Position numbers and translations under genes: made by a program. Under the pieces are notes generated by a model. It had not been told where the DNA came from, did no database searches, and saw only the letters and a list, made by a program, of their open reading frames with translations. Below are positions 10,084-19,879 of a stretch of 64,000 nucleotides of DNA, piece by piece; within the stretch, counting starts at the first letter, position 1; each line of letters opens with the position of its first letter. This DNA is from an uncultured Gemmatimonadales bacterium (lineage in GTDB: Bacteria; Gemmatimonadota; Gemmatimonadetes; Gemmatimonadales; Gemmatimonadaceae): NCBI GenBank assembly GCA_963701965.1, contig OY969695.1, positions 4,192,001 to 4,256,000 of the forward strand. The letters run 5' to 3'.

Positions 10084-12252
10084 GTGAAGCGCGTACTCAT
10101 TCTCGCGGCGCTCTGCGCCACACCGGCTTTGGCGCAGGGCCCGGGTGACATCGCCCGCTGGAAGCAAGAGGCCCGGGCCGTCACGATCATCCGGGACGAT
10201 TGGGGCATCCCGCACATCTACGGGAAGACGGACGCCGACGCGGTGTTCGGCCTCTTGTACGCCCAGGCCGAGGACGACTTCAATCGCGTCGAGACGAACT
10301 ATATCAACGCGATGGGGCGCCTGTCCGAGGTCGAGGGCGAAGACGCCGTGTATCGCGATCTCCGGATGAAGCTGTTCATCGACCCGGACAGCATGAAGGC
10401 CAAGTACGAGACCAGTCCGCCGTGGCTCAAGAGCCTGATGAATGCCTACGCGGACGGGTTGAACTACTATTTGTATACTCATCCCCGCACGGTGCCGAGG
10501 CTCATCAAGCACTTCGAGCCGTGGATGGCCCTGACCTTCAGTGAAGGGAGCATTGGTGGCGATATCGAGCACGTGTCGCTGCGCCAGCTTGCGGCGTTCT
10601 ATGGCAGCGACTCCATGCCGCGTCTGCCGTCAGCCGAAGCGCCGAGATCCACCGAGGCGTCGGGATCAAATGGCATGGCCATCGCGCCATCGTTGACGGC
10701 GTCGCACCACGCGATGCTTCTCATCAACCCGCACACATCGTTCTTTTTCCGCGCCGAGGTGCAGGTCGTAAGTGATGAGGGCCTCGATGCGTATGGCGCG
10801 GTGACGTGGGGACAATTTTTCGTCTATCAGGGCTTCAACCCGCGCATCGGATGGATGCACACATCGAGCGCGGTGAACGATGTCAACGAGTACGCCGAGA
10901 CCGTCGTCAAGAATGGCGACAAGGTCTCCTATCGCTACGGGGGAGCGCTCCGGCCCATGACGGTCTCGACGGTCACGGTGCCGTACAAGACGTCCACCGG
11001 GATGGCCGAGCGGCGCTTCACGGTATATCGCACGCTCCATGGGCCCATCGTGCGCTGGGCCGACGGAAAGTGGGTCAGTGTCCGTTTGATGCAGGAGCCG
11101 GTGAAAGCGCTGACGCAGTCGTACTCGCGGACGAAGGCCCGCGATTACAAATCATTCCGTGAGTCCCTGGAGTTGCATACCAACTCCTCGAACAACACGA
11201 TCTTCGCCGACGCGGACGGTGACATCGCGTACTTCCATGCCAACTTCATTCCCCGGCGGGACGACAAGTTCGACTGGACGAAGCCCGTCGACGGGAGCGA
11301 TCCGGCTACCGAGTGGAAGGGGCTCTTGTCAGTCGATGAAAGCCCCCTTCTCTTGAATCCGTCCAACGGGTGGCTCTACAACAGCAACAACTCCCCGTGG
11401 TCGGCGGCCGGACCGAACAGTCCAAAGCAGGCGGACTATCCCAAGTACGTCGACGACGGCTACGAGACCGCGCGCGGGCTGCACGCGGTCCGCGTGTTGG
11501 AGCATGCGCGGCAGTTCACGTTGGACTCGTTGATGCACGCCGCGTACGACAGCTACCTCCCCGCGTTTCAGTTCATGATTCCATCCTTGGCCAAGGCGTG
11601 GGACGGCACCCGGTCGGACGATCCCATGCGCGCCAAGGTGGCGGATCAGGTCGCGCTGCTCCGGGCATGGGATCTCCGGTGGGGGACGACATTTATTCCG
11701 ACGACCCTGGCCGTGTATTGGGGAAACGAGCTGGCGCGCCGACTAGGACGAACGGGCGGGGAAGCCAGCGTCGAGTACTACGAGCACATCGCCAGTCAGG
11801 CGAGTGCCGCGGATCAGCTCCAGGCGTTGGCGGCCGCGTCTGACCGATTGACGGCGGACTTCGGAACCTGGCGGACGCCGTGGGGCGACGTGAATCGCTT
11901 CCAGCGGATCACCGACGACATCGCGCCGCACTTCGACGATGCGATGCCGAGCATTCCCGTGGGCTTCACCTACTCGCAGTGGGGATCGCTGGCGTCTTTT
12001 AGCGCTCGGACGTACCCGGGAACCAAGAAGATGTACGGGACGTCGGGCAATAGCTTCGTCGCCGTGGTGGAGTTCGGCGACAGCGTACGCGCCAAGGCCG
12101 TGACCGCGGGCGGTGAGAGCGGCGACCCGACCTCGCCGCACTTCAACGACGAGGCGCAGCGCTACAGCACGGGGAATCTACGCGACGTCTACTTCTACCG
12201 CGGGCAGCTCAAAGGCCACACGCAGCGGGAATACCATCCCGGCGACGCTTAG
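10084..12252 (+). CDS. Penicillin acylase family (Ntn hydrolase, S45), secreted
   Basis: GGAGG then GTG 10084 and a signal peptide. IIRDDWGIPHIYG, YAQAED, GSNG autoprocessing site, LLINPH and GGESGDPTSPHF motifs. Confidence 0.92.
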   Translation: MKRVLILAALCATPALAQGPGDIARWKQEARAVTIIRDDWGIPHIYGKTDADAVFGLLYAQAEDDFNRVETNYINAMGRLSEVEGEDAVYRDLRMKLFIDPDSMKAKYETSPPWLKSLMNAYADGLNYYLYTHPRTVPRLIKHFEPWMALTFSEGSIGGDIEHVSLRQLAAFYGSDSMPRLPSAEAPRSTEASGSNGMAIAPSLTASHHAMLLINPHTSFFFRAEVQVVSDEGLDAYGAVTWGQFFVYQGFNPRIGWMHTSSAVNDVNEYAETVVKNGDKVSYRYGGALRPMTVSTVTVPYKTSTGMAERRFTVYRTLHGPIVRWADGKWVSVRLMQEPVKALTQSYSRTKARDYKSFRESLELHTNSSNNTIFADADGDIAYFHANFIPRRDDKFDWTKPVDGSDPATEWKGLLSVDESPLLLNPSNGWLYNSNNSPWSAAGPNSPKQADYPKYVDDGYETARGLHAVRVLEHARQFTLDSLMHAAYDSYLPAFQFMIPSLAKAWDGTRSDDPMRAKVADQVALLRAWDLRWGTTFIPTTLAVYWGNELARRLGRTGGEASVEYYEHIASQASAADQLQALAAASDRLTADFGTWRTPWGDVNRFQRITDDIAPHFDDAMPSIPVGFTYSQWGSLASFSARTYPGTKKMYGTSGNSFVAVVEFGDSVRAKAVTAGGESGDPTSPHFNDEAQRYSTGNLRDVYFYRGQLKGHTQREYHPGDA

Positions 12253-13136
12253 GGCGACAGGTCCGGCGTGTAGCTGGTGACGAATTCGATGAACTTCGAG
12301 ACTTCGGTCATGTCCTTGCCGACGAACTCGATCGAGTGGGACGCCGTGCGCCGTACGACGGGCAGGTACGTCAGCATGTCGGCCGGGCGGTAGTTCTTGA
12401 ACGTGAGTCCCAGGCGGACGGGCGGTTTCACGACATACGGCCGGAGCTGCGCGCGGCGCTCGACTCCGGCCTTCACCTTGTCGTGGATCAACGCCTGGCC
12501 CGCCTGCGGAGTCATGGTCGCGGCGGCGTGAAACGAGATGGCGCGCTTGACTACGGCGCCTTCGATGTTGCCGAGGAGGCGTTGGGCTTCTCCCACCGCG
12601 ATGTCGTCGCCGGAAATCGCGACGACCGGCACCCCGAAACTCCCGGCGATCGCGGCGCTGATCCCCGACTCTGGCATTGGGACGCCGTTCAGGTCGACCT
12701 CCGCGAGCACGGCACTGGAGATCGTGTGCGCGCGCACGCCCGCGGGATTCGTGGTCGCGGCGTGATACCCGATGAAGACCACGGCGCCGAAGGTGGAGTC
12801 GATGCCTTCCATCATCTGGAGCGGCCGGGGCCACGAACGGATGATCGTCACGTCGGGCGGGAACTGGTCGATCAGGAGATTCTCGCCGTTTCCGTGCGAG
12901 TCACTCACCACGATCGTCGTGGCCCCGGCATCCTTGGCACCCTGAACGGCCGCCAAGGCCTCCGCGGTCATGAAGCCCCGGAAACGCTCGTACTCGAATC
13001 CCGGCGGCCCGAGTTGATCCGGCGTGACGACGCCGGTGATGCCTTCCATGTCGACCGAGATGTAGACCTTGAAGGGCCGCTGGGCGACCGCCGGTGTGGC
13101 CACGGCGAGCGCGAGGGCGATCTGGAGGTAGCGCAC
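12249..13136 (-). CDS. M55 family D-aminopeptidase (DppA-like), secreted
   Basis: VYISVDMEG, VSDSHG, GYHA and AHT motifs. Confidence 0.92.
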   Translation of the reverse strand: MRYLQIALALAVATPAVAQRPFKVYISVDMEGITGVVTPDQLGPPGFEYERFRGFMTAEALAAVQGAKDAGATTIVVSDSHGNGENLLIDQFPPDVTIIRSWPRPLQMMEGIDSTFGAVVFIGYHAATTNPAGVRAHTISSAVLAEVDLNGVPMPESGISAAIAGSFGVPVVAISGDDIAVGEAQRLLGNIEGAVVKRAISFHAAATMTPQAGQALIHDKVKAGVERRAQLRPYVVKPPVRLGLTFKNYRPADMLTYLPVVRRTASHSIEFVGKDMTEVSKFIEFVTSYTPDLSP

Positions 13137-13159
13137 GACGGCAACTTACCGTCCTTCTG

Positions 13160-14079
13160 GCTAGATGCCGTTGAAGCGTGTCGAACGGCTGATCCTGGTA
13201 CTTGGAGCTAAGACGATTGAGGGAGTAAAAGGCTGAATCAAACGAAGCATTGGACCACTCCGCGTGAAGCTGTCTCGCCAGATCCAATCGCGGGGCGCCA
13301 TAGATGCGTCCGCGTGTGCGGCACCTGGCACGAACCGACGCACGCCACGCTCGTCCCGAGCCTTGCTCGCGAACCGTGCCGACAAAATCGGCGCTATCGG
13401 ATGCCGGGTACCACTGCGCAAACAGCGTATCGCTAACTGGGCTCAACGACTCGCTTGTCAGGCTGCGCGCTGTGGGAGCGGCAGATCCTGTGTCGATATG
13501 CCGCTCTTGTGCCTGTGATCGGAGGGCGTCCGATCCGCTGAGAGGCACTAGCTGTATCGAGTCATGTGGTCGCCATTGCGAACAAACGCGCACACTGTCA
13601 GGAAATGCATTCCAGACTTCTTTCCAATCCCTGAGAGTTGCGGAGCTGACCGCGGTGCTGAACTTAGCTTTGCTGCTTGATGTGGATATGTCCCACAATC
13701 CGTGATCCCGACCTCCAATGGTCACATTGTCAGACACGATGCCGTTGCTCGTGACAAGTTCTCCCGCAAGAGAAATCGTACCTGTCCACCCTTGATTGAT
13801 TTCGCTGTTCGAATCGGGGTCCGCACCGGCGTGCGATACTCCCTCGAATGTCAGCAGCCAGGCGGAGTCACTCAACAATCGTTGTGCTCGAACTATGTCT
13901 CGCGCATTGCTGCGCGCACGTTCCAAGCCCCACGGATCGATACTCATTGCCGCGACTAGCAGGGCGATCGAAGTCAACACCACCGCGAAGTGTGTCGTCC
14001 GCAGGAGTGCCGCGTGGTCCCCTAACTCGCGCCTCGCTCGCTCATCTTCCTTTGCCAGTTGGGAGAATTCGTAGGTCAT
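13160..14079 (-). CDS. Hypothetical membrane-anchored protein in a lower-GC segment, probably 3'-truncated
   Basis: From ATG 14079 MTYEFSQLAKEDERARRELGD with one hydrophobic helix. Atypical codon usage; the frame runs into the M55 gene with no stop of its own until 12901. Confidence 0.45.
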
Positions 14080-14428
14080 CTGGTAGTAGATACCACAGCA
14101 ATGACAGCATGCGCGTGACTGCGCAAGTCGGCAGCACAATCTAGGCGATTCTAGTCAGCCCCGCAGAGTGGCCAACGACGACTATAGACCGAGTGACGTT
14201 GCTACACGTGTACCAAAGGGTCAAGAGCTCCTTTGCGACCGGCGAAGTTCAACGCGTTTTCCGAAACTGGATCACCAAAGAGGATTGATCGGTCGCGATG
14301 CGACTTGTAACGATCGATGACTGTGCGTACGTAATCGCCGAATGGGCGACTCGGACTTGTCGCCGCGAATGTCACTGAGGCCTGCATGTCGGGGCAAAAC
14401 GTACCCGTGCACCTTGTGTCAGATAGAG

Positions 14429-15610
14429 TCAGCGACTCGGCCACCCCGTCTGCGGGGCGCCCTTGGTGATCTTGAGCGCGTTCTCGAAGTAGACCTTCCT
14501 GAGCACGCTATCCGGGAGATCGATGCCGTACAGTTTCCAGAACGCATGGTACGGCCGGTAGTAGTCGAAGTACTCGTCCGCGGTCTCGAACACACGCCAG
14601 TAGTACGGATATTCCGACGGTTGGAACGAGTCTTTGCCGAACAGGATCCGATCCTGGTACTTGACGAAGAACGCGTGCGCGCCGCGCGGTTGGCGGCCGA
14701 TGTCGTAGAGGACGGCGCCGACCTCGGTGTATACGTTGGGCATCGCGTCGAGCATCGCGCCCAATGACGCCAGATCGTTGGCGTGCCATCCCATGTGGGC
14801 GGCGACGAAGGTCGTCTTCGGGTGTTTCCGGAACAGGTTGTCCCGCTCTGTCATCAATTCGACGAAGCTTGGGAACCGATCCTGCGGATACCGGCGTTCC
14901 GAAAAGAGCGACAGTTCCAGCCACCGCTCGTTGGTGTAGTCGATCGGCTGGAAGAACTCCTGCGGATCGGCCGTGTGGATGAAGACAGGAATGCCCAGCC
15001 GCGCGCACTCGTCCCAGATGGGATCCAGCTCGGCGTCATCGATCCGGAGCCGCGTCCCGTCCCGCTTCTTGATCGAGAGCCCGAGACTCTTGGAGATCTC
15101 GCCGACCCCAACCGCGCCCGCCGCGATGTCCGCGTCGAGTTGTTTGATGGCACGATCGGCCCATCCGGGGCCGACATCGCGAAAATCGATCCCGGCGAGC
15201 ACGCGCACGCGGTCCCGCATCTTGTCCGATCCGCGGACCGCGGTCAGCGCGCTGCGCAGCCGATCGCCGGAACGATTGTCGGCGGAGATCATGAGACGCA
15301 CGTTCAAGCTGTCCATCGCGGCGCCAAGCGTGGCGAGGCCATCGGCCGACGTGATGAGATCCTGCGGGTGGCCGTGAAAATCGATCGCCGGATACTTCGC
15401 CCTCTTGACCAGGTGGGCCGGCGTCACTAGCGTCGACTTCGGCCGGTAGTCCAGGATGCTCGGCGCCGGACTGCTTGGTGACTCGCAGTTGTGGGGACGG
15501 ACCTCGGTCGTCCCGGCCGGACAGGGGTCCGGGTTCGCGGTCTGCGCTGGTAGAGAGGGCGCGATGACCGCCATCACGACGATTGCGACGAGAGAGGGGA
15601 ACGAGTTCAT
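14429..15610 (-). CDS. Amidohydrolase_2 family metallo-hydrolase, secreted
   Basis: IDFHGH, PVFIHTADP, AAHMG and RILFGKD motifs; signal peptide from ATG 15610. Confidence 0.9.
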   Translation of the reverse strand: MNSFPSLVAIVVMAVIAPSLPAQTANPDPCPAGTTEVRPHNCESPSSPAPSILDYRPKSTLVTPAHLVKRAKYPAIDFHGHPQDLITSADGLATLGAAMDSLNVRLMISADNRSGDRLRSALTAVRGSDKMRDRVRVLAGIDFRDVGPGWADRAIKQLDADIAAGAVGVGEISKSLGLSIKKRDGTRLRIDDAELDPIWDECARLGIPVFIHTADPQEFFQPIDYTNERWLELSLFSERRYPQDRFPSFVELMTERDNLFRKHPKTTFVAAHMGWHANDLASLGAMLDAMPNVYTEVGAVLYDIGRQPRGAHAFFVKYQDRILFGKDSFQPSEYPYYWRVFETADEYFDYYRPYHAFWKLYGIDLPDSVLRKVYFENALKITKGAPQTGWPSR

Positions 15611-15641
15611 GACGATTCCCGGACGCCAAATTGAGGGAGCG

Positions 15642-16850
15642 ATGAGGGCGAGCGTGCCACCGGATTCTAATACGCGAGCCGGGGCCGAGCCGGTGGTCCG
15701 TCCCACCCGGCGCGCGCGCATCGCGTCACTCGATATCGTACGCGGCGCGGCGATGATCCTCATGGCGCTGGATCACGTGCGGGTCTACTCGGGCCAACCG
15801 GCGGGCGGACCGACTCCCGGCATCTTCTTTACCCGCTGGATCACCCATTTCGTGGCGCCGACGTTTCTCTTTCTCGCGGGGACGGGCGCCTATCTCCACG
15901 GTCAGTCACTCGGCGATCGCCGGGCCGCGGCGCGATTTCTCGTCACGCGCGGGCTCTGGCTCGTGCTGCTCGAGCTGACCGTCATTCGCGTGGCCTGGAC
16001 CTTCAACCTTGATTTCAGCCACTACCTGCTGGCCGGCGTCATCTGGATGATCGGTTGGTGCATGGTGTTGATGGCCGGCGTGATCTTCCTGCCCATGCGC
16101 GCCATCGCCGGCGTCGGCATCGCGATCATCGCGCTCCATAACATCACGGATTTCTTCCCGGTGGAGAACCCCGGCTGGTTGCTCCAGGTGCTGTACTACG
16201 GCGGGGTCGTTCATATCGGCGCGTCGGGTCCGCCACTCTACGTCCTGTTCGTCATCGTGCCGTGGATCGCGGTCATGATGGTCGGCTACGCGTTCGGCCC
16301 CGTGATGACCATGACCGTCGAACGCCGTCGAACACTCTGCCTGCGCCTCGGACTCCTGCTCTCGGCGCTCTTCGTCGTGTTGCGCGTGCTCGGCGTATAC
16401 GGCGACCCCCGCCCGTGGGCCACGCTCACCCAGCACCTCCCAAGCGCGCTCGCGTTCCTCGCCACCAATAAATACCCGGCGTCATTGGAGTTTCTGCTCA
16501 TGACCCTGGGCCCGATGTTCGTGGCCCTGGCGCTCGTCGAGACGTGGCGCGGCCGCTTCGCAGACGTGGTCTCGACATTCGGACGCGTGCCCTTCTTCTA
16601 CTATGTCCTTCACATCCCCACGATCCATCTCGCGGCGTGCATCGTCTCGGTCGTCCGCGAAGGTCACATCGATCCGTGGTTGTTCGGCAATCACCCGATG
16701 GCGCCCGGCCCGGCGCCCGACGGGTATATGTGGAGCCTCCCGCTGCTCTACCTCGTGTTCTTCATTTGCGTGACCGCGCTCTATCTCCCCTGCCGTTGGT
16801 ACGCGCGGGTGAAAGAGACGCGTCGTTCGGCTCTTTTGAGTTACTTGTAG
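15642..16850 (+). CDS. DUF1624 / HGSNAT-like membrane acyltransferase-family protein
   Basis: RIASLDIVRGAAMILMALDHVR, FFTRWITHF, KYPASL and FGRVPFFYYVLH motifs. Confidence 0.88.
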   Translation: MRASVPPDSNTRAGAEPVVRPTRRARIASLDIVRGAAMILMALDHVRVYSGQPAGGPTPGIFFTRWITHFVAPTFLFLAGTGAYLHGQSLGDRRAAARFLVTRGLWLVLLELTVIRVAWTFNLDFSHYLLAGVIWMIGWCMVLMAGVIFLPMRAIAGVGIAIIALHNITDFFPVENPGWLLQVLYYGGVVHIGASGPPLYVLFVIVPWIAVMMVGYAFGPVMTMTVERRRTLCLRLGLLLSALFVVLRVLGVYGDPRPWATLTQHLPSALAFLATNKYPASLEFLLMTLGPMFVALALVETWRGRFADVVSTFGRVPFFYYVLHIPTIHLAACIVSVVREGHIDPWLFGNHPMAPGPAPDGYMWSLPLLYLVFFICVTALYLPCRWYARVKETRRSALLSYL

Positions 16851-18079
16851 GGCCGCCGCTCCAAGACCCGGCGCAGCAGGAGTACGAACAGCAGAGCGCT
16901 GAATGCGGCGAGCGCATATTGCGTCCGCGACACTCCGGTGCCAAACGGGAACCAGATGCCGGGCACGTGGAGCATACTCAGCTCGCTGGCGAAGACCGCG
17001 ATCGCCAGGGACACGGCCGAGACTGCAGCGATCCCGCGATCCCGCTCTTGAGGGGCCCGCTGACGCACGCCCTGCACGACGATCAGCGTGTAGAGCGCGA
17101 CGAAGCCCAACCGGAGCGGCAAGACGATCGTGGCATTGTCGACGGCCTGCGCGATGACGTAGAGCGCGGTCAGCGCGCCGATCGCCGCCGGGATCCAAGC
17201 GGGCGCCCGCAGGCGGAACCACCGCCACCAGGTCATCGTCCACGCCCCCAGCACGAGCGGTGTCAAGAGGATGTTCGTGACGATGTTGAAATCCGGCGCG
17301 CTCTCGAACGGCAGCCAGAAGAAGACCGCCTGGTTGGCGCGCCGCATTGCGTAGAGCACGAGCGCCGCTACCAGCCAACGGTACGCGGACTCCGTGGGAT
17401 CGAACGCCAGCAGCACCAGCGCCACGATCGCCAACAGCAGAAACGCCACGCCCAGGGCGGCGTCAACGACGTACCCCGTGAACTTCTTGAGCCACTCCAG
17501 CTCGTAGTGGGCGGTGATCACGCCCTTCTGACCGAGGACGGGCGCGATGCGCATGCCGCCCGCGGTGGGCACCGCGCGCATCGTCGACGGCGCCGCCCAC
17601 ACCCGGACGGCGATCTCCGTGGGCGCGTCCGAAAGGACGACCATGAGCGGCCGCGTGTTGTACGCGACCGGCGTGCGACCCGAAAAATCTCCCGAACCGG
17701 CCACGCGGCGTCCGTCGACGAACAACTCGTAGGCGTCGTCGACCTCCAACGGCGCGGCGAGCGCCAGCGTATCACCGGGCGGCGCCGCTACCGCCAGGCG
17801 CAGACGGTACCACGCATACCCCGCGTACCCCGCGTGACCCCGCGCGCCCCACCCGCGGACATACCCTTCGAGGCCGACGTCGGGATCATGCGCGCCGGCG
17901 CCGGGCGTCAGATCGACGGTCTCCCACGCGCGGTCGTCGAAATCCCGTTCGGCCCAATGGCTGTCGTCACCAGTATGAAATCGCCACGGTCCGGTGAGAG
18001 GGACCGCGGCGCGCCCGACCGCGACGGGTTGGACGACGACGGATTGGACCACCAGGAGGAGCGAGGCGGCGAGTCGCAT
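16841..18079 (-). CDS. Galactose-binding-like (GH2 N-terminal type) domain fused to a multi-pass membrane domain
   Basis: LTGPWRFHTGDD..W...FDD.AW, GYAWYRL and VDDAYELFVDG, followed by about 7 hydrophobic helices and no cytoplasmic output domain. Confidence 0.75.
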   Translation of the reverse strand: MRLAASLLLVVQSVVVQPVAVGRAAVPLTGPWRFHTGDDSHWAERDFDDRAWETVDLTPGAGAHDPDVGLEGYVRGWGARGHAGYAGYAWYRLRLAVAAPPGDTLALAAPLEVDDAYELFVDGRRVAGSGDFSGRTPVAYNTRPLMVVLSDAPTEIAVRVWAAPSTMRAVPTAGGMRIAPVLGQKGVITAHYELEWLKKFTGYVVDAALGVAFLLLAIVALVLLAFDPTESAYRWLVAALVLYAMRRANQAVFFWLPFESAPDFNIVTNILLTPLVLGAWTMTWWRWFRLRAPAWIPAAIGALTALYVIAQAVDNATIVLPLRLGFVALYTLIVVQGVRQRAPQERDRGIAAVSAVSLAIAVFASELSMLHVPGIWFPFGTGVSRTQYALAAFSALLFVLLLRRVLERRPYK

Positions 18080-18154
18080 TTCGGACGTCCATTGTAAGCG
18101 ACACCATGACGGTTGCCACATCCAAGCGTCGCGGTTATCGTCGGTCCAAGATCG

Positions 18155-19420
18155 TCAACGGGCCACGAGATCACCGATCGGCCGCCACAGCTTGAACCCA
18201 TACGCGTCGGCGCGGCCGTCGATCGCCGGCACGTGGAGCGTGGCCGTGCCGCGCAGCCCGTCGGGTGTGCGCGTCCAAGTCTCTTCGAGCAACCGGACGC
18301 CGCGCTCATCGACGTAGCGGACCGTGAGCGCGGGACCGGCGAAGTCCAGCAGCGCGAACCCGCAGTATCCGATCGGCGTATTCCCGACACTCGACTGCTG
18401 CCGCGCGTCGAGGAACACCGGCTGCAGCGAGAGATCGACTTTCGTCTGCGGGGGCCCCAGCTCGACCGGCATGCCGCCATGCCCAATGCATCGCGCCCGG
18501 ACCGGTGTGCCTCCGCCAGGCGCCATCATCGCGTATCCGGCGAACCGGTGCTCGTGCCCCCAAAACCACAGGGCCACGCGGCTCAAGTATGGGGCGAGCG
18601 CGCGTCCGAGCGCCGGATACCCGTGCGCATCAAACGCCGTGAACCACTGGTGATGGCTCAAGAGGATCACCGGCCGCGTGTCCGTCGGGTCGGCGAAGAC
18701 CACGGTCTTGAGCCATCGTCGGACGGCGCGGGGAAGGGTCGTCTGGTCCTGACCCAGGACGTAGCGGAGCCCCGTCGTACATTCGTACCCGGTGTCGAGA
18801 CCCACGATGCGCCAATGCGCGTTCTCCAGGCAAAAATAGCTGGCCGGCTGCCGCAACGTCGCGAGCGCGAGATCGACATAGGCGTGCCCGCCGCTGTACA
18901 TCTCATGATTGCCGCACAGCGCATAGGACGGGAGCGCCCGCGACGCGTCGGTGCCGGGATCGGCCGAACCGCGCGGCCAGCAATCCGCCGGCAGGAAGTA
19001 ATCGGAAAATTCCTGGTGATCGCCCGAGTAGTACACGTCGCCCAGGTGGATCGTGATGGCCGCCTTGGCGTCGGCGATACCCTGGCCGACGGCGTACGCG
19101 CTCTCCGTGCCGGTCCCCCAGTCCGCCGCGAGTCCGATACGGGTCGTATCGTCCATCCGGTACACCCCGTGCGTCGCTCCCGCGTGGCCGGGGAACGGCA
19201 CCCGCGACTCGAACGTGTGCAGGAGAAACTGGGATCCCCAGGCGAGAATCGACTGCGACAAAAAGCCGATCCGGTCGCGCGCCGAAACGGGCGCGCCGGC
19301 AGCCAGTTGCTCTTGCGTCGTCCGCCACAACGACCCCGCTGCCGAGCGCGGGGTGCCGAGGACCTCGTGGGGTTGGCGGACCTTGCGCGACCTGCCGGGG
19401 CGTTCTTGATGGGGCGGCAT
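18155..19420 (-). CDS. Calcineurin-like metallophosphoesterase
   Basis: ADWGTG, HLGDVYY, GNHEMY, LSHH and WFWGHEH motifs. Confidence 0.9.
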   Translation of the reverse strand: MPPHQERPGRSRKVRQPHEVLGTPRSAAGSLWRTTQEQLAAGAPVSARDRIGFLSQSILAWGSQFLLHTFESRVPFPGHAGATHGVYRMDDTTRIGLAADWGTGTESAYAVGQGIADAKAAITIHLGDVYYSGDHQEFSDYFLPADCWPRGSADPGTDASRALPSYALCGNHEMYSGGHAYVDLALATLRQPASYFCLENAHWRIVGLDTGYECTTGLRYVLGQDQTTLPRAVRRWLKTVVFADPTDTRPVILLSHHQWFTAFDAHGYPALGRALAPYLSRVALWFWGHEHRFAGYAMMAPGGGTPVRARCIGHGGMPVELGPPQTKVDLSLQPVFLDARQQSSVGNTPIGYCGFALLDFAGPALTVRYVDERGVRLLEETWTRTPDGLRGTATLHVPAIDGRADAYGFKLWRPIGDLVAR

Positions 19421-19438
19421 GCCCCATCATAGCACGGC

Positions 19439-19879
19439 TCACGCCGCTTCGGCTATCTCCTTGATCTGCACGAGGATCGTGTCGCCGCCGGCGACCGTGT
19501 GCTCATACCGGGTCGCGCCGTTGCCGACCGTCGTGAAGTCTCCGATCACCATGGAGAGCTCGGTCCCGTCGTTGGTGGTCGCCAGCTCGCAAGTCGCCGT
19601 GAGATGGTTGGCTGGCACATTCGCGAGGTCCGAGCTCGGGTCGAACATGGTATAGCGGAGCAACCGGTTGGGCTGCACGTCCACCAGACGTCCCACGACG
19701 TAGACAACCCCGTCGGCGGCGCCCCGCCAGTCGAAGGAGCCGCCGGCCCGCCAATCGGTCACGATCTCGCAGCCGAACATGTAGCGTTTGGTGTAATCCG
19801 ATTGCGTCAGGACGTTCCAGACGGTCGACGCGGGCGCCTGAATCCGCACCGATTGCCGCACAAATTGAGGGATGGGCAT
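19439..19879 (-). CDS. SRPBCC/AHSA1 domain protein
   Basis: VRIQAPASTVWNVLT...YMFGCEIVTDW; likely ATG at 19879. Confidence 0.85.
   Translation of the reverse strand: MPIPQFVRQSVRIQAPASTVWNVLTQSDYTKRYMFGCEIVTDWRAGGSFDWRGAADGVVYVVGRLVDVQPNRLLRYTMFDPSSDLANVPANHLTATCELATTNDGTELSMVIGDFTTVGNGATRYEHTVAGGDTILVQIKEIAEAA

Noticed and set aside
14202..14444. 80-aa ORF with faint resemblance to a glycoside hydrolase segment (YVRTVIDRYK)
   Set aside because: Too short and lacking catalytic motifs; cannot be supported without a search.
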